DNA of 64,000 bases from a bacterium. GTDB taxonomy: Bacteria; Patescibacteriota; Patescibacteriia; JBAXGH01. Position numbers and translations under genes: made by a program. The notes beneath the pieces were generated by a model. The model ran no database searches and had not been told where the DNA came from. It saw only the letters and a list, made by a program, of their open reading frames with translations. The stretch covers positions 12,800 to 76,799 of the forward strand of contig JBAXGH010000003.1 in assembly GCA_037139515.1 (NCBI GenBank), read 5' to 3'. Each line of letters begins with the position of its first letter. Positions within the stretch are counted from its first letter, which is position 1. This document shows, in pieces, positions 30,416 through 39,618 of the stretch.

Positions 30416-32269
30416 TCACCACGGAAACACATTTGAGGACTTTTGTGAAGACTTGGCTGAAGTTTCAGGTTTTTTTGGTTCTGGAGCTGGGCTTTTTGGC
30501 GCAATTGCAGGGGTTTTTTCGTGAGGTACCGGTTTGTGGGCTACATGAGGCTTAGGAGCTGGAACCGGTTTTGCCGGAGCAGGCGCCTCGTCCTTTACGA
30601 TTCTAATCTTTCCACCAAACTCACCGTTTTGCCCTTTTGGGATAACTTTTAATGCCGGTTTTACATGAGAAACCGGTTTTGCAGGCAACGAAGATTTTAC
30701 CGGAGCTGCCACAGCTTTGCTCTCAACTTTCGCGGGCTTTGCGTCCTTCATTAGAGCCGACAATGAAACCGTTTCATTTGGCTTGGCTGGTTCCAGAGTC
30801 ACTTCGACACTTTCGATTCTTGGAGGTTTAACCGGAGTATGCGCAACGGGTGTTGGCTTCGTGAAGGCTGGAGCCGCATGCGCAACAGGAGTTGGCGGAT
30901 GTGGAATTGCAACAGGAGCTGCAGCAACAGGCTTAGCCGCCACAGGTCGCGACTCATCAACATAAGATTCGGACCACTGCACAATTTGCTTTTCAACCTC
31001 GGCACGATTCTTTGAATAAAGTCTACGACTTGTATTGATAATCAAATCCAAAAGTTCCGTACTCGGTTTGCCAAGCGGCGGAAGCGTATTTGCTGAAAAT
31101 GGCTTCGAAGTTACGCCGTCTATCAAAAGCTTCAGGTATATTTGATGATTTGGAATATTCACCAAATCTTCCGGCGTAAAGTCAGGCATGAATTCCGCTT
31201 CCATGAAAGTCGCATCATCAGTACCGACGCGGAAAGTCAGAATCGACCCGACATTGCCGAAGACCGCATCAGCAACTTCTTCTTCGAGCTGTTTGATGTA
31301 TTGATGTGCAACAATCAGATTTAAACGATACTTACGCGCCTCAGACAAGATATTTGCGAAAGATTCCGTGGCAAAGTTTTGGAACTCATCGACATACAGG
31401 TAAAAATCACGGCGATCAGCTTCCGGCATATCGACGCGTTCCATAGCCGCGAGCTGAATCTTCGTAATCAACATGCCGCCGAGAAGGCGTGAAGCATCTT
31501 CACCAATTCTGCCTTTGGAAAGGTTGATAACTACGATTTTTCCGGTATCCATGGCCTCGCGAATATCGAAAGTCGATTTCGTTTGCGCCACAATATTTCG
31601 GATAAGAGTCGACGACAAAAACTGTCCGACTTTATTCTGGATCGGAGCAATCGCCTCTTTTTGAAACTTCGGTTCCCAGCGTTCGAATTCATGAAGCCAA
31701 AATGATTTTACGACCGGATCCTTTACCGCGCTAATCACGATTCTTCGATAGTCTTTATCTGACAGCAAACGGTTGATACCGAGAAGGGTTGAATTCGGAT
31801 AATCCAAAAGCGCCAGAATACAGTTATTCATGATGTGTTCCATGCGGGCGCTCCAAACATCAGGCCAAATCTTCTTGAAAACGCCCATCAAACCGGCACC
31901 GATCAGGAATTTTTGTTCTTCTTTTTTCCATTCGAGCACATTGAACCCAACCGGATGCTCAATATCAGCCGGGTTCACGTAAATAACGTCATTCTTGCGC
32001 CATTCAGGCACGAAACCGATAATCTTTTCCGAGAAATCACCATGCGGATCGACGAGCGCCAAACCGTGACCGTTCTGAATATCCTGATACATCAGGTTTT
32101 CGAGCAGCGTAGTTTTTCCGGTGCCGCTTTTTCCGAGAACATACATGTGACGGCGACGATCTTCGGTCTTGATACCGAATCTGCGCAATTGATTACGAAA
32201 ATTAGTGGCCGCGAAAAGCGTTACTTCGTTCGGATGCACGTTCAGGTAATGATCTTTGAAATCCATCAT
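30416..32269 (-). CDS. TraG/TraD/VirD4-like ATPase, paralog 1, with a Pro/Ala/Lys-rich tail
   Basis: DRRRHMYVLGKSGTGKT, DPHGD, YLYVDEFQNF, LSEARKYRL. Confidence 0.9.
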   Translation of the reverse strand: MMDFKDHYLNVHPNEVTLFAATNFRNQLRRFGIKTEDRRRHMYVLGKSGTGKTTLLENLMYQDIQNGHGLALVDPHGDFSEKIIGFVPEWRKNDVIYVNPADIEHPVGFNVLEWKKEEQKFLIGAGLMGVFKKIWPDVWSARMEHIMNNCILALLDYPNSTLLGINRLLSDKDYRRIVISAVKDPVVKSFWLHEFERWEPKFQKEAIAPIQNKVGQFLSSTLIRNIVAQTKSTFDIREAMDTGKIVVINLSKGRIGEDASRLLGGMLITKIQLAAMERVDMPEADRRDFYLYVDEFQNFATESFANILSEARKYRLNLIVAHQYIKQLEEEVADAVFGNVGSILTFRVGTDDATFMEAEFMPDFTPEDLVNIPNHQIYLKLLIDGVTSKPFSANTLPPLGKPSTELLDLIINTSRRLYSKNRAEVEKQIVQWSESYVDESRPVAAKPVAAAPVAIPHPPTPVAHAAPAFTKPTPVAHTPVKPPRIESVEVTLEPAKPNETVSLSALMKDAKPAKVESKAVAAPVKSSLPAKPVSHVKPALKVIPKGQNGEFGGKIRIVKDEAPAPAKPVPAPKPHVAHKPVPHEKTPAIAPKSPAPEPKKPETSAKSSQKSSNVFPW

Positions 32270-32275
32270 AGGTTT

Positions 32276-33778
32276 TTATACGAAAGGAAGATTTTCAGGG
32301 ACTTCTTGCGACGGTTCTTCGTGACCACCGTGGCCACCGCCATGTGATTCTTGTTTCGGTTCCGGAGATCCGTGCGCCGCCGCATCTTTAATCTGAGACG
32401 GGAAAAGCATATCTTCGCGGAACGGTACATTCGACGGCGGTTCTGAGCGCTTAGCCTCAATCTTGCGAAGCAAAGGCGACTTAATCAGCGCCGTCGGGAA
32501 ATGCCAAAGAGTCGCGAGTTCTTCCGTGCACATTATGTACGGCGCGGCGGCGGTTCCGATAGAACGTCCGCGGAAATTCGAGAACATATTCATGGTACGA
32601 ATCGGGGCCGGACGATAAAAACCAAACGTCAGATAATACGACCAGATTCCCTTGTGCCAAGAATAATCTGATTTTATCGCCGACGGCCAGTGACGCCCAA
32701 AACTGTTCAAGTTATGCGAAGCAAACCCAGCTAATGCCGCCGATAACTCGCTCAAACGCGCACCTCCCTTTCCGGCACCCTTGGGAGCAAGATAGGCCGC
32801 ACGCATCTTGGTCTTGAAGCCAACCTTAGATGCTTTCATCGAAAGGCCGTCGAGTGCTTCTTTTTCGAGTGGCGTAAAAGCCATTTTTACAGTTTTTTCG
32901 TCTTTTTTTACTTCTGATCCCTTCGCACCAAAAAATGTGTGAACTACAAGTTCCACCATATTATAGGCCTCGCTCACAAAAAGCTTGATGAGACCCGGAG
33001 CGTGTTTTTCTTCTTTAACAGGAATGCCAGCGATTTTTGCAATCAAGGCTTCAGAAGTCTTCTTCCATTCACTGTCAGCAGGTGTTATGGCGAGCTGAAA
33101 ACTCAATAGCTCACCCTGACCGAGTTTGTTCATGACTTCAATTACATGTGCGAGCGGATCCTTGAATTCACCAATCAGCTTATCCTCAAAAAAAGGCCAA
33201 GTTCTGATTGGATAATTATCTTTATTGGTCATGACAAACTCCGTTCCCGCCATGTCGTACTCCTCATTCGGCCATTTTCGCGGATAGGCATCAACATAGT
33301 CTTCGACCTGCTGGATTTCGGCAAGCGGATACTCGCTATAAACGGCAGCTTCCACCAAATCCCTAATTTTATCGCGACATCGAATATAGTAATGAATATG
33401 CCCCTCATGCGAGACAATTTCAAAAGACATTCGATTCGGTCCCCAGCCTTTAACATATTTCGGAATAAATTGAGGCTTTCCACCAGTACCCCAGACCATT
33501 GCGAAAATATTTTCAATAGCCTTTGGTGATTGTTCATTCAGGCGCGGAACTTCAACATTCAGCAAGATATAAGTTTGAGCGTGCTCCCACTTCTCTTCGA
33601 GCCATTCAACCCAAAGATGCTCAATCGTAACAATCGAAAATACCACTACGATTATCCAGCCGCCGTTCAAAAACAAAAACCAGCCGGCCGAAATTGGGTT
33701 CGTCGAATGAGCTGGCATCTCGTTTAAGACGCCCAATACGTGCTGGTACAGCGCATTTAAGAAATCTAGAATAAACAT
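32276..33778 (-). CDS. Membrane-anchored conserved protein associated with the TraG-like ATPases
   Basis: N-terminal TM; SFEIVS, YPIRT, ELATLWHFP; no Walker motifs. Start taken as ATG 33778 because a TATAAT lies only 2 nt before the ATG at 33835. Confidence 0.75.
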   Translation of the reverse strand: MFILDFLNALYQHVLGVLNEMPAHSTNPISAGWFLFLNGGWIIVVVFSIVTIEHLWVEWLEEKWEHAQTYILLNVEVPRLNEQSPKAIENIFAMVWGTGGKPQFIPKYVKGWGPNRMSFEIVSHEGHIHYYIRCRDKIRDLVEAAVYSEYPLAEIQQVEDYVDAYPRKWPNEEYDMAGTEFVMTNKDNYPIRTWPFFEDKLIGEFKDPLAHVIEVMNKLGQGELLSFQLAITPADSEWKKTSEALIAKIAGIPVKEEKHAPGLIKLFVSEAYNMVELVVHTFFGAKGSEVKKDEKTVKMAFTPLEKEALDGLSMKASKVGFKTKMRAAYLAPKGAGKGGARLSELSAALAGFASHNLNSFGRHWPSAIKSDYSWHKGIWSYYLTFGFYRPAPIRTMNMFSNFRGRSIGTAAAPYIMCTEELATLWHFPTALIKSPLLRKIEAKRSEPPSNVPFREDMLFPSQIKDAAAHGSPEPKQESHGGGHGGHEEPSQEVPENLPFV

Positions 33779-33922
33779 AGTTGACTCAAGACTTACGGCT
33801 AAAAATTGCGGTAAAACATTAAATTTATAACGCATTTATTATAGCACACGCAAAAACGGAAAAATATCACCGCTTGACTGCGGACTGATTTTTAGCTTAT
33901 ATTGCTAATCAAGGAGGCCATA

Positions 33923-34366
33923 ATGTCAGGGGAAAAGAAGCTTTCCGACGTACCCGTCATCATCAACAAAGTTCCGAAAAATGGTTCAAAGACAGCCCAT
34001 GAAGCATTGGAGCGCGTTCTCGATACCTTTGCGTGCTCGATTGATAGACATGGTGTGCATTGGATCGCGAAGCCCGAACACGCCGCGCGAAAGAATGAGC
34101 ACGGCACTATCTCAACGCTCTACATCAAGCTACACGCATTGCATCGCGGTCACGCAGTGCGCTATGTCTTCGATGAAAGCGGAAAAGCAGAACTCTGCAC
34201 GAGGTCCGGACCTCAAATCCAGTTCTCTTGGCTTGAGGCACTGGAGCATGCCCGCAAGATCATCTGCGACGAGCTCCGCAGTACCAAGATTGAAGAAGGG
34301 CAAGAGCCGAACACCGAAGATCGCCTTCTCGAGCTCAGAAAGTTCGAGGACATGCAATTCATCTAG
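33923..34366 (+). CDS. Hypothetical protein
   Basis: AAGGAGG before ATG 33923, TTGACT upstream, terminator downstream. Confidence 0.7.
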   Translation: MSGEKKLSDVPVIINKVPKNGSKTAHEALERVLDTFACSIDRHGVHWIAKPEHAARKNEHGTISTLYIKLHALHRGHAVRYVFDESGKAELCTRSGPQIQFSWLEALEHARKIICDELRSTKIEEGQEPNTEDRLLELRKFEDMQFI

Positions 34367-34389
34367 AAGCACCTTGCCCGCAAACCAAA

Positions 34390-34424
34390 CACCGCTGACC
34401 CAATCGGGACAGCGGTGCTTTTTT
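34390..34424 (+). terminator. Rho-independent terminator
   Basis: CACCGCTG...CAGCGGTG followed by a T-run. Confidence 0.75.
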
Positions 34425-34439
34425 ATCGTGTGATTTGTA

Positions 34440-35309
34440 CTAACGCTTTTTCTGCCAATCGACAATGAGAGGAGTTGCAAGGAAGATAGATGAATATGTA
34501 CCGGATGCGGCGCCGATGATAAGCGCGAGTGCGAACGACTTGGTTGAATCTCCGCCGAACAGGAAAATAGCAACGAGAGACAAGATGACAGTCATCGAAG
34601 TGTTGATGGAACGAACCGCCGTTTGGCGAATCGAAACGTCGACAATTTCGGCGACGGTACCGGAAGTCTTGGTCATGTTTTCGCGAACACGGTCGAATAC
34701 CACGATGGTATCATTAATCGAATAACCAAGAATCGTAAGGATTGCAGCCACGAATGCGCCGGTAACTTCAAGGTTAGTATAGTGGCCGAGAACCGCAAAG
34801 ACGCCGATTGGAATAATGGCATCATGAACGCCGGCTAAAACCACGAGCACACCATATTTCCAGGCTTCGATACGACCACTCACCTTTCGGAAAGCCCAGG
34901 CGATATACAGACAGATGAGGAGAAGCGTAAAGAAGACGGCCCAAAGTGCCTTGGAACGAAGTTCGGCACTAATCGAAGGTCCGACGGTTTCAAAACGGAC
35001 TTCATTCGAATCCGTCCACTGCTTTTTGATGGCAGCCGTAAGAGCGGCGTGCTTAGTCGAATCAAGTTCGGCCGTTCTAAGAATAACTCCTCTTTCGGTC
35101 GTAACGATGCCAGCATCAACGCCAACCGTCTTGGCAGCAGCAACAACTTCGCTCGAAATCGGGGAATTCGCCATTGAATACTCAACGAGCGAGCCGCCGG
35201 TAAATTCGATGCCGAGCTTAAGTCCCCAGGTCATGAAAGCGAAAATCGAAAGCACTACGGCGATTCCGGAAAGGGCGTACCAATATTTTCTGATCGTAAC
35301 TACGTTCAT
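34440..35309 (-). CDS. secF: Protein translocase subunit SecF
   Basis: Motifs GIEFTGG, VGPSIS.EL, GYSINDTIVVFDRVRE, GTYSSIF. Start taken as ATG 35309. Confidence 0.96.
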   Translation of the reverse strand: MNVVTIRKYWYALSGIAVVLSIFAFMTWGLKLGIEFTGGSLVEYSMANSPISSEVVAAAKTVGVDAGIVTTERGVILRTAELDSTKHAALTAAIKKQWTDSNEVRFETVGPSISAELRSKALWAVFFTLLLICLYIAWAFRKVSGRIEAWKYGVLVVLAGVHDAIIPIGVFAVLGHYTNLEVTGAFVAAILTILGYSINDTIVVFDRVRENMTKTSGTVAEIVDVSIRQTAVRSINTSMTVILSLVAIFLFGGDSTKSFALALIIGAASGTYSSIFLATPLIVDWQKKR

Positions 35310-35314
35310 AGAAG

Positions 35315-37345
35315 TTATTTTTTCTTGGCGCCGTAGAGCCATTCTTTTTTAGCGAATTCGAAGCCGGAAACGAAGCGGAGAATTGAACGGGTCACGGTAA
35401 TCGCCGAGAACATCGAAACGATAACACCGATTGCGAGCGTCAGAGCGAAACCCTTAATAACCGAGGAGGTGAAATAGAAGAGCACAAAAGCGGCAAAGAG
35501 AGTTGTGATGTTGCCGTCCCAAATACTCGACCAAGCACGGTTGAAGCCTTCGTCGATTGCGCTAAGCAACGATCGTCCGAGACGCAATTCCTCGCGCATA
35601 CGCTCGAAAATCAACACGTTTGCATCGACTGCCATACCTACGGTTACAACGAAACCAGCAATACCGGAAAGCGAAAGCGTAACCGGGAAAAGTTTATAGA
35701 TGGCGAGCACAACGCTCGTATAGAAGAGAAGCGAGATGACCGAAATCACACCCGGCAAGCGATAGAAAAGAATCATGAAGAGTGCGACGAGCAGGAACGC
35801 AACAGTCGCAGCCTTCATCGACTTTTCCAAATCGGCGGCACCGAGCGTCGGACCGATTGTCGATTGCGAAACCAGCTTAATCGGCACCGGCAAGGCACCG
35901 GCGTTCAAGCGACGTGCCAAAGTCTTCGCGGTTTCGATCGAGAAGTTGCCGGTAATTTGCGCTGATCCGCCATCGATTTCTTGCTGGACAACAGGGGCAC
36001 TGATTTCTTTTCCGTCCAGGAAAATCGCAATCTGTTTACCGACCCAAGCTTTCGTGAGTTCGGCGAATTTCTTTCCACCTTCAGCTGAGAACTTCAAAGA
36101 AACCTGAGGTTCGCCGGTACGAGAATCAAACTGAACCGTAGCGGATTCCAAATCCTTACCGGAAAGATTGGTATTTTCCCAAGGGTCGGACGCGTTAATA
36201 ATGCCTGCCGTTTTCGCGATTTTAATAACAGATAATTTATATTCAGGCAAAATCACGTTCGGGCGTGAACCGGACTTCAAAATCAGGTGATAACCAAAAT
36301 CGGTAAGAACCGGTTCTTTAGTGATGGTATTCACGTACATCGGGCGAACCGCGGTTGCGAACGAATCAACCATTGTAACCGGGAAGAACCAACCCAAGCT
36401 TCCACCGGAATTAACAGCGCCTGGCTCGGTTGAGTTTTCAGAAGCAAACTTGGCAAAATTTGCCGGTGTGAGCTGTGGAACCAAAGCTTTAATCTTCGCG
36501 TAAGCTTCTTCCTTGGTTGTTTCTTTATCGCAATTCGAGGCGCCCTTGAAACAAATCAAGATATGCGAAGCCTGAACCTCGCGCTCGGTGCGTCGGATAT
36601 CATCAACCTTAACAATCCAATACGCATCTTTAGTTTCGATGAGCTTCGGCATGAGCTCGCCCTTCCAAGCGTTCTGACTCGTGATTTCCTGAACAACTTC
36701 GGAATAGGCCGCGGTCATTTTATTTACGAATACTGTCTCACCACCCTTTTCTTTGGTGGCCGCGTCTTCGGAAACTTCTTTAGCAACCGTCGCAAAAACT
36801 TCACGCTTTACTTTTACGCGATCCAAAGCGGCTTCAGCTTTTTTGAGAGAAGCAGCGTTAGCTTCGTCAGTCGCCTTTTTATCAATCTGTGCATCCGGTG
36901 ACTTCGGTGTCTTGAATTCCAAAACCGGAGTTTCGCCAATTTGCTTAATAGCTGATTCAACATCGGAAACACCAGCGAGTTCTACATTAATACGCGAAAC
37001 GCCACCGGCTGAAGCCGTTTCAACAAGAGGTTCAGCGACGCCAAAAGCATTCACACGACGTTCGATAACGTCTCGGGTACCGAGAAGAGCTTCGGTTTGA
37101 TCCTTAGAAGGAATTTTTGAAAGGTCAGCTTCGTAAATCAAATTCGCGCCACCCTTCAAGTCTAAGCCGAGACGAAATGGCACGTCCCAATAATCACTGA
37201 TTCCGAGATGAGCCGAGCGAGCCGCGCCGGCCATAACATTCCAAGCTTTCGGATAATTCAAAAAACCTGTGAATAAAAACACCACTACAAGTGCACCGAG
37301 GGTCATGTATAACTTCCGGCGTGAGGACGTTTGCGGCTGGGCCAT
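35315..37345 (-). CDS. secD: Protein translocase subunit SecD with inserted parvulin (PpiC) domains
   Basis: LGLDLKGG, RRVNAFGVAEP, GALP, GMAVDANVLIFER; insert contains ASHILI...GGSLGW...TDFGYHLI. Confidence 0.95.
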   Translation of the reverse strand: MAQPQTSSRRKLYMTLGALVVVFLFTGFLNYPKAWNVMAGAARSAHLGISDYWDVPFRLGLDLKGGANLIYEADLSKIPSKDQTEALLGTRDVIERRVNAFGVAEPLVETASAGGVSRINVELAGVSDVESAIKQIGETPVLEFKTPKSPDAQIDKKATDEANAASLKKAEAALDRVKVKREVFATVAKEVSEDAATKEKGGETVFVNKMTAAYSEVVQEITSQNAWKGELMPKLIETKDAYWIVKVDDIRRTEREVQASHILICFKGASNCDKETTKEEAYAKIKALVPQLTPANFAKFASENSTEPGAVNSGGSLGWFFPVTMVDSFATAVRPMYVNTITKEPVLTDFGYHLILKSGSRPNVILPEYKLSVIKIAKTAGIINASDPWENTNLSGKDLESATVQFDSRTGEPQVSLKFSAEGGKKFAELTKAWVGKQIAIFLDGKEISAPVVQQEIDGGSAQITGNFSIETAKTLARRLNAGALPVPIKLVSQSTIGPTLGAADLEKSMKAATVAFLLVALFMILFYRLPGVISVISLLFYTSVVLAIYKLFPVTLSLSGIAGFVVTVGMAVDANVLIFERMREELRLGRSLLSAIDEGFNRAWSSIWDGNITTLFAAFVLFYFTSSVIKGFALTLAIGVIVSMFSAITVTRSILRFVSGFEFAKKEWLYGAKKK

Positions 37346-37430
37346 AGAGATTATTCAGCAAATACGGGCCTTTTTAAGATGGGCACAGTATAGTGATTGA
37401 AAAGCAAAAAGGCAAATTACCTTTCGGGCA

Positions 37431-37522
37431 ATACGCGAGCGCTGATTTGGGCGTGTGTGTGGCGGGCACGTTGGGGGCGCAGTGCCCGGCTCACACACGC
37501 CCAATATCGCTCGCTTCGAGCC
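37431..37522. repeat. Hairpin family copy C (inverted relative to A and B)
   Basis: Reverse complement GGCTCGAAGCGAGCGATATTGGGCGTGTGTGAGCCGGGCAC-TGCGCCCCCAAC-GTGCCCGCCACACACACGCCCAAATCAGCGCTCGCGTAT aligns with copy B. Confidence 0.8.
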
Positions 37523-37579
37523 AACACCTTTCTGCTTGGCTTTTATCACCATCAACGTGTGGGACGGAAATAAACACAC

Positions 37580-37618
37580 AAAAAATCCCGCGACGGATTT
37601 TTCACTTCCATCGCGGGT
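37580..37618 (-). terminator. Terminator after glmS
   Basis: Minus strand CCCGCGATGGA...TCCGTCGCGGG followed by ATTTTTT. Confidence 0.75.
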
Positions 37619-37637
37619 ACGCTACTTTCAACACACT

Positions 37638-39488
37638 TCACTCCACCGTCACGCTCTTCGCCAAGTTTCTCGGCATATCCGGGTCGTGACCTCGCTTCAC
37701 CGCCATGTGATACGCGAGCAGCTGCAGCGGGATCGTCGCGAGAATCGCGTCCGTGACCGGTGAACCGCCGGATGGAATCCGGACTTCAAAGAACTCCGGA
37801 ACCTCCTGCAGGTCTTCGCTCGAAATCACGATGACCTGCGCGCCGTTCGCCTTGAGTTGCCGAATCGTGAGCCGCGTCTTTTCGAGCAATGAATCACTCG
37901 GGCAGAGCACGACGCACGGCGTGTCTTTCTCGATGAGCGCGAGCGGTCCGTGTTTCAACTCCCCCGCCGCGTAGCCTTCCGCATGAACGTAGGCGATCTC
38001 TTTCAGCTTGAGCGCGCCTTCGAGCGCAATCGGGTACATGTAGTCTCGCCCGATGTAGAACATTCCGCGTGTGTCCTTCAGGAAAGCCGCCAAGTCTTCC
38101 ACCTTCTTCGAGGCGGCAAGACCCTGAAGCAACTTTTCAACCTTGTGCGGCAGGCTCATGAGAGCTGCCACAATCCTCTGACCCTCAGCGAGCGAGAGTC
38201 CGCACGCACGCCCGAGGTATAGCGCGATTTCGGCCATGACCGCGAGCTGGCAAACGAACGCCTTGGTCGAAGCCACGCCGATTTCAAATCCAGCATGCGT
38301 GTACACTCCCCGTTTGCACTCGCGCGCAATCGAGGATCCGACCACATTCACGATGCCGAATGCCTGCGCTCCCCGGCGCTTGGCTTCCCGCACCGCTTCG
38401 AGCGTATCGTAGGTTTCGCCCGACTGCGAGATGGCGAAAACCACCGTTCCTTCCGGCATCGCAACGTTCGAGTAGCGGAACTCGCTCGCGAACATCACGC
38501 GCACCGGAATCCGCGCCAAATCCTCGATCATCTTCGCGCCCACAAGTCCGGCGTGATAAGCCGTACCGCAAGCGAGGATGATGATATTCGTAGCTCCCGC
38601 GAGAACCGCTTCGTGATTCCGAATGCCGCCGAGAATCGCAAGCCCGTCATACGAATCCAGACGCCCGGCGAGCGTGTCCCGAAGCACCTTGTCCTGCTCG
38701 TTGATTTCCTTCAGCATGAAGTGAGGGAAACCACTCTTCTGGATCTCATCGACCGTGAGATTGATTCTCTCGACCGAACGCGCGACCTGCACGTTTTCAA
38801 AAGTGCTGATCCGGTACGAACCGCGCGCTCCGAGAACCGCCATCTCACCATCTTCCATATAGATGACTTCTTTCGTGTGCGCCACGATCGGACTCGCGTC
38901 CGACGCGACAAAGACTTCGCTTTCTCCAATCCCGAGCACAAGCGGGCTTCCAAATCGCGCCGCAACCAAGGTATTCGGAATCTGCGAATGCATCACGACG
39001 ATGCCGAAGGTCCCGCGGAGCTGCTTCACCGTTTCGCGCACCGCTTCCACGAAGTTCGCGCCTGCGACCATATATGACTCGATGAGATGCGCGATCACTT
39101 CCGTATCAGTTTCCGAGGTGAAAACGTGCCCCGCGCCTTCGAGAGCCTTCTTAAGCGCGACGCAGTTTTCAACCTGTCCGTTGTGCACAACCTGAATCTC
39201 ATTCGTGCAGTCGGCGTGCGGATGCGCATTCTCTTCCGTCTTGCCACCATGCGTCGCCCAACGGTTGTGTCCGATGCCGTAGGTTCCCTTCAGCTTCTCT
39301 TCCTCCGCGATGGCACGAATCTGCGCGATTGCGGTCTTTCCAACCGCACGAATTTTCCGCAACTCCAGTCCCCCATCACCAATCGCGATGCCCGCCGAAT
39401 CATACCCTCGGTACTCGAGCCTTTTCTGCCCATCCAGAATAATGGGCCAGGCTTGTTTCTCACCAATATATCCGACCACTCCACACAT
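37638..39488 (-). CDS. glmS: Glutamine--fructose-6-phosphate aminotransferase
   Basis: Motifs MCGVVG, EYRGYDSAG, RWATHG, SQSGET, ASTKAF, PRNLAKSVTVE. Confidence 0.98.
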   Translation of the reverse strand: MCGVVGYIGEKQAWPIILDGQKRLEYRGYDSAGIAIGDGGLELRKIRAVGKTAIAQIRAIAEEEKLKGTYGIGHNRWATHGGKTEENAHPHADCTNEIQVVHNGQVENCVALKKALEGAGHVFTSETDTEVIAHLIESYMVAGANFVEAVRETVKQLRGTFGIVVMHSQIPNTLVAARFGSPLVLGIGESEVFVASDASPIVAHTKEVIYMEDGEMAVLGARGSYRISTFENVQVARSVERINLTVDEIQKSGFPHFMLKEINEQDKVLRDTLAGRLDSYDGLAILGGIRNHEAVLAGATNIIILACGTAYHAGLVGAKMIEDLARIPVRVMFASEFRYSNVAMPEGTVVFAISQSGETYDTLEAVREAKRRGAQAFGIVNVVGSSIARECKRGVYTHAGFEIGVASTKAFVCQLAVMAEIALYLGRACGLSLAEGQRIVAALMSLPHKVEKLLQGLAASKKVEDLAAFLKDTRGMFYIGRDYMYPIALEGALKLKEIAYVHAEGYAAGELKHGPLALIEKDTPCVVLCPSDSLLEKTRLTIRQLKANGAQVIVISSEDLQEVPEFFEVRIPSGGSPVTDAILATIPLQLLAYHMAVKRGHDPDMPRNLAKSVTVE

Positions 39489-39618
39489 CGTTGCCTCCGC
39501 GCCACACTGAGTGGCAAAAGAACTGCGCCGCCCAAGCTACCGCACTTGAATACGAAAATCAAGCGCAGTAGAATGCGAGAGAAATCCCTTTCCCTCTAAC
39601 CCTTAACCCTATATCCTC

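Noticed and set aside
29047-33778. Conjugative element (ICE)
   Set aside because: No relaxase, mating-pair genes or integrase; the genes are coupled to the housekeeping gene mnmA.
38295-39077. Long antisense ORFs (also 41943-42665, 47533-48174, 50639-51490 and 51638-52330)
   Set aside because: They lie opposite well-supported genes, have no recognisable motifs, and are typical shadow ORFs.
39489-39618. glmS ribozyme
   Set aside because: The conserved AGCGCC...GACGAGG core is absent and the leader is too short.
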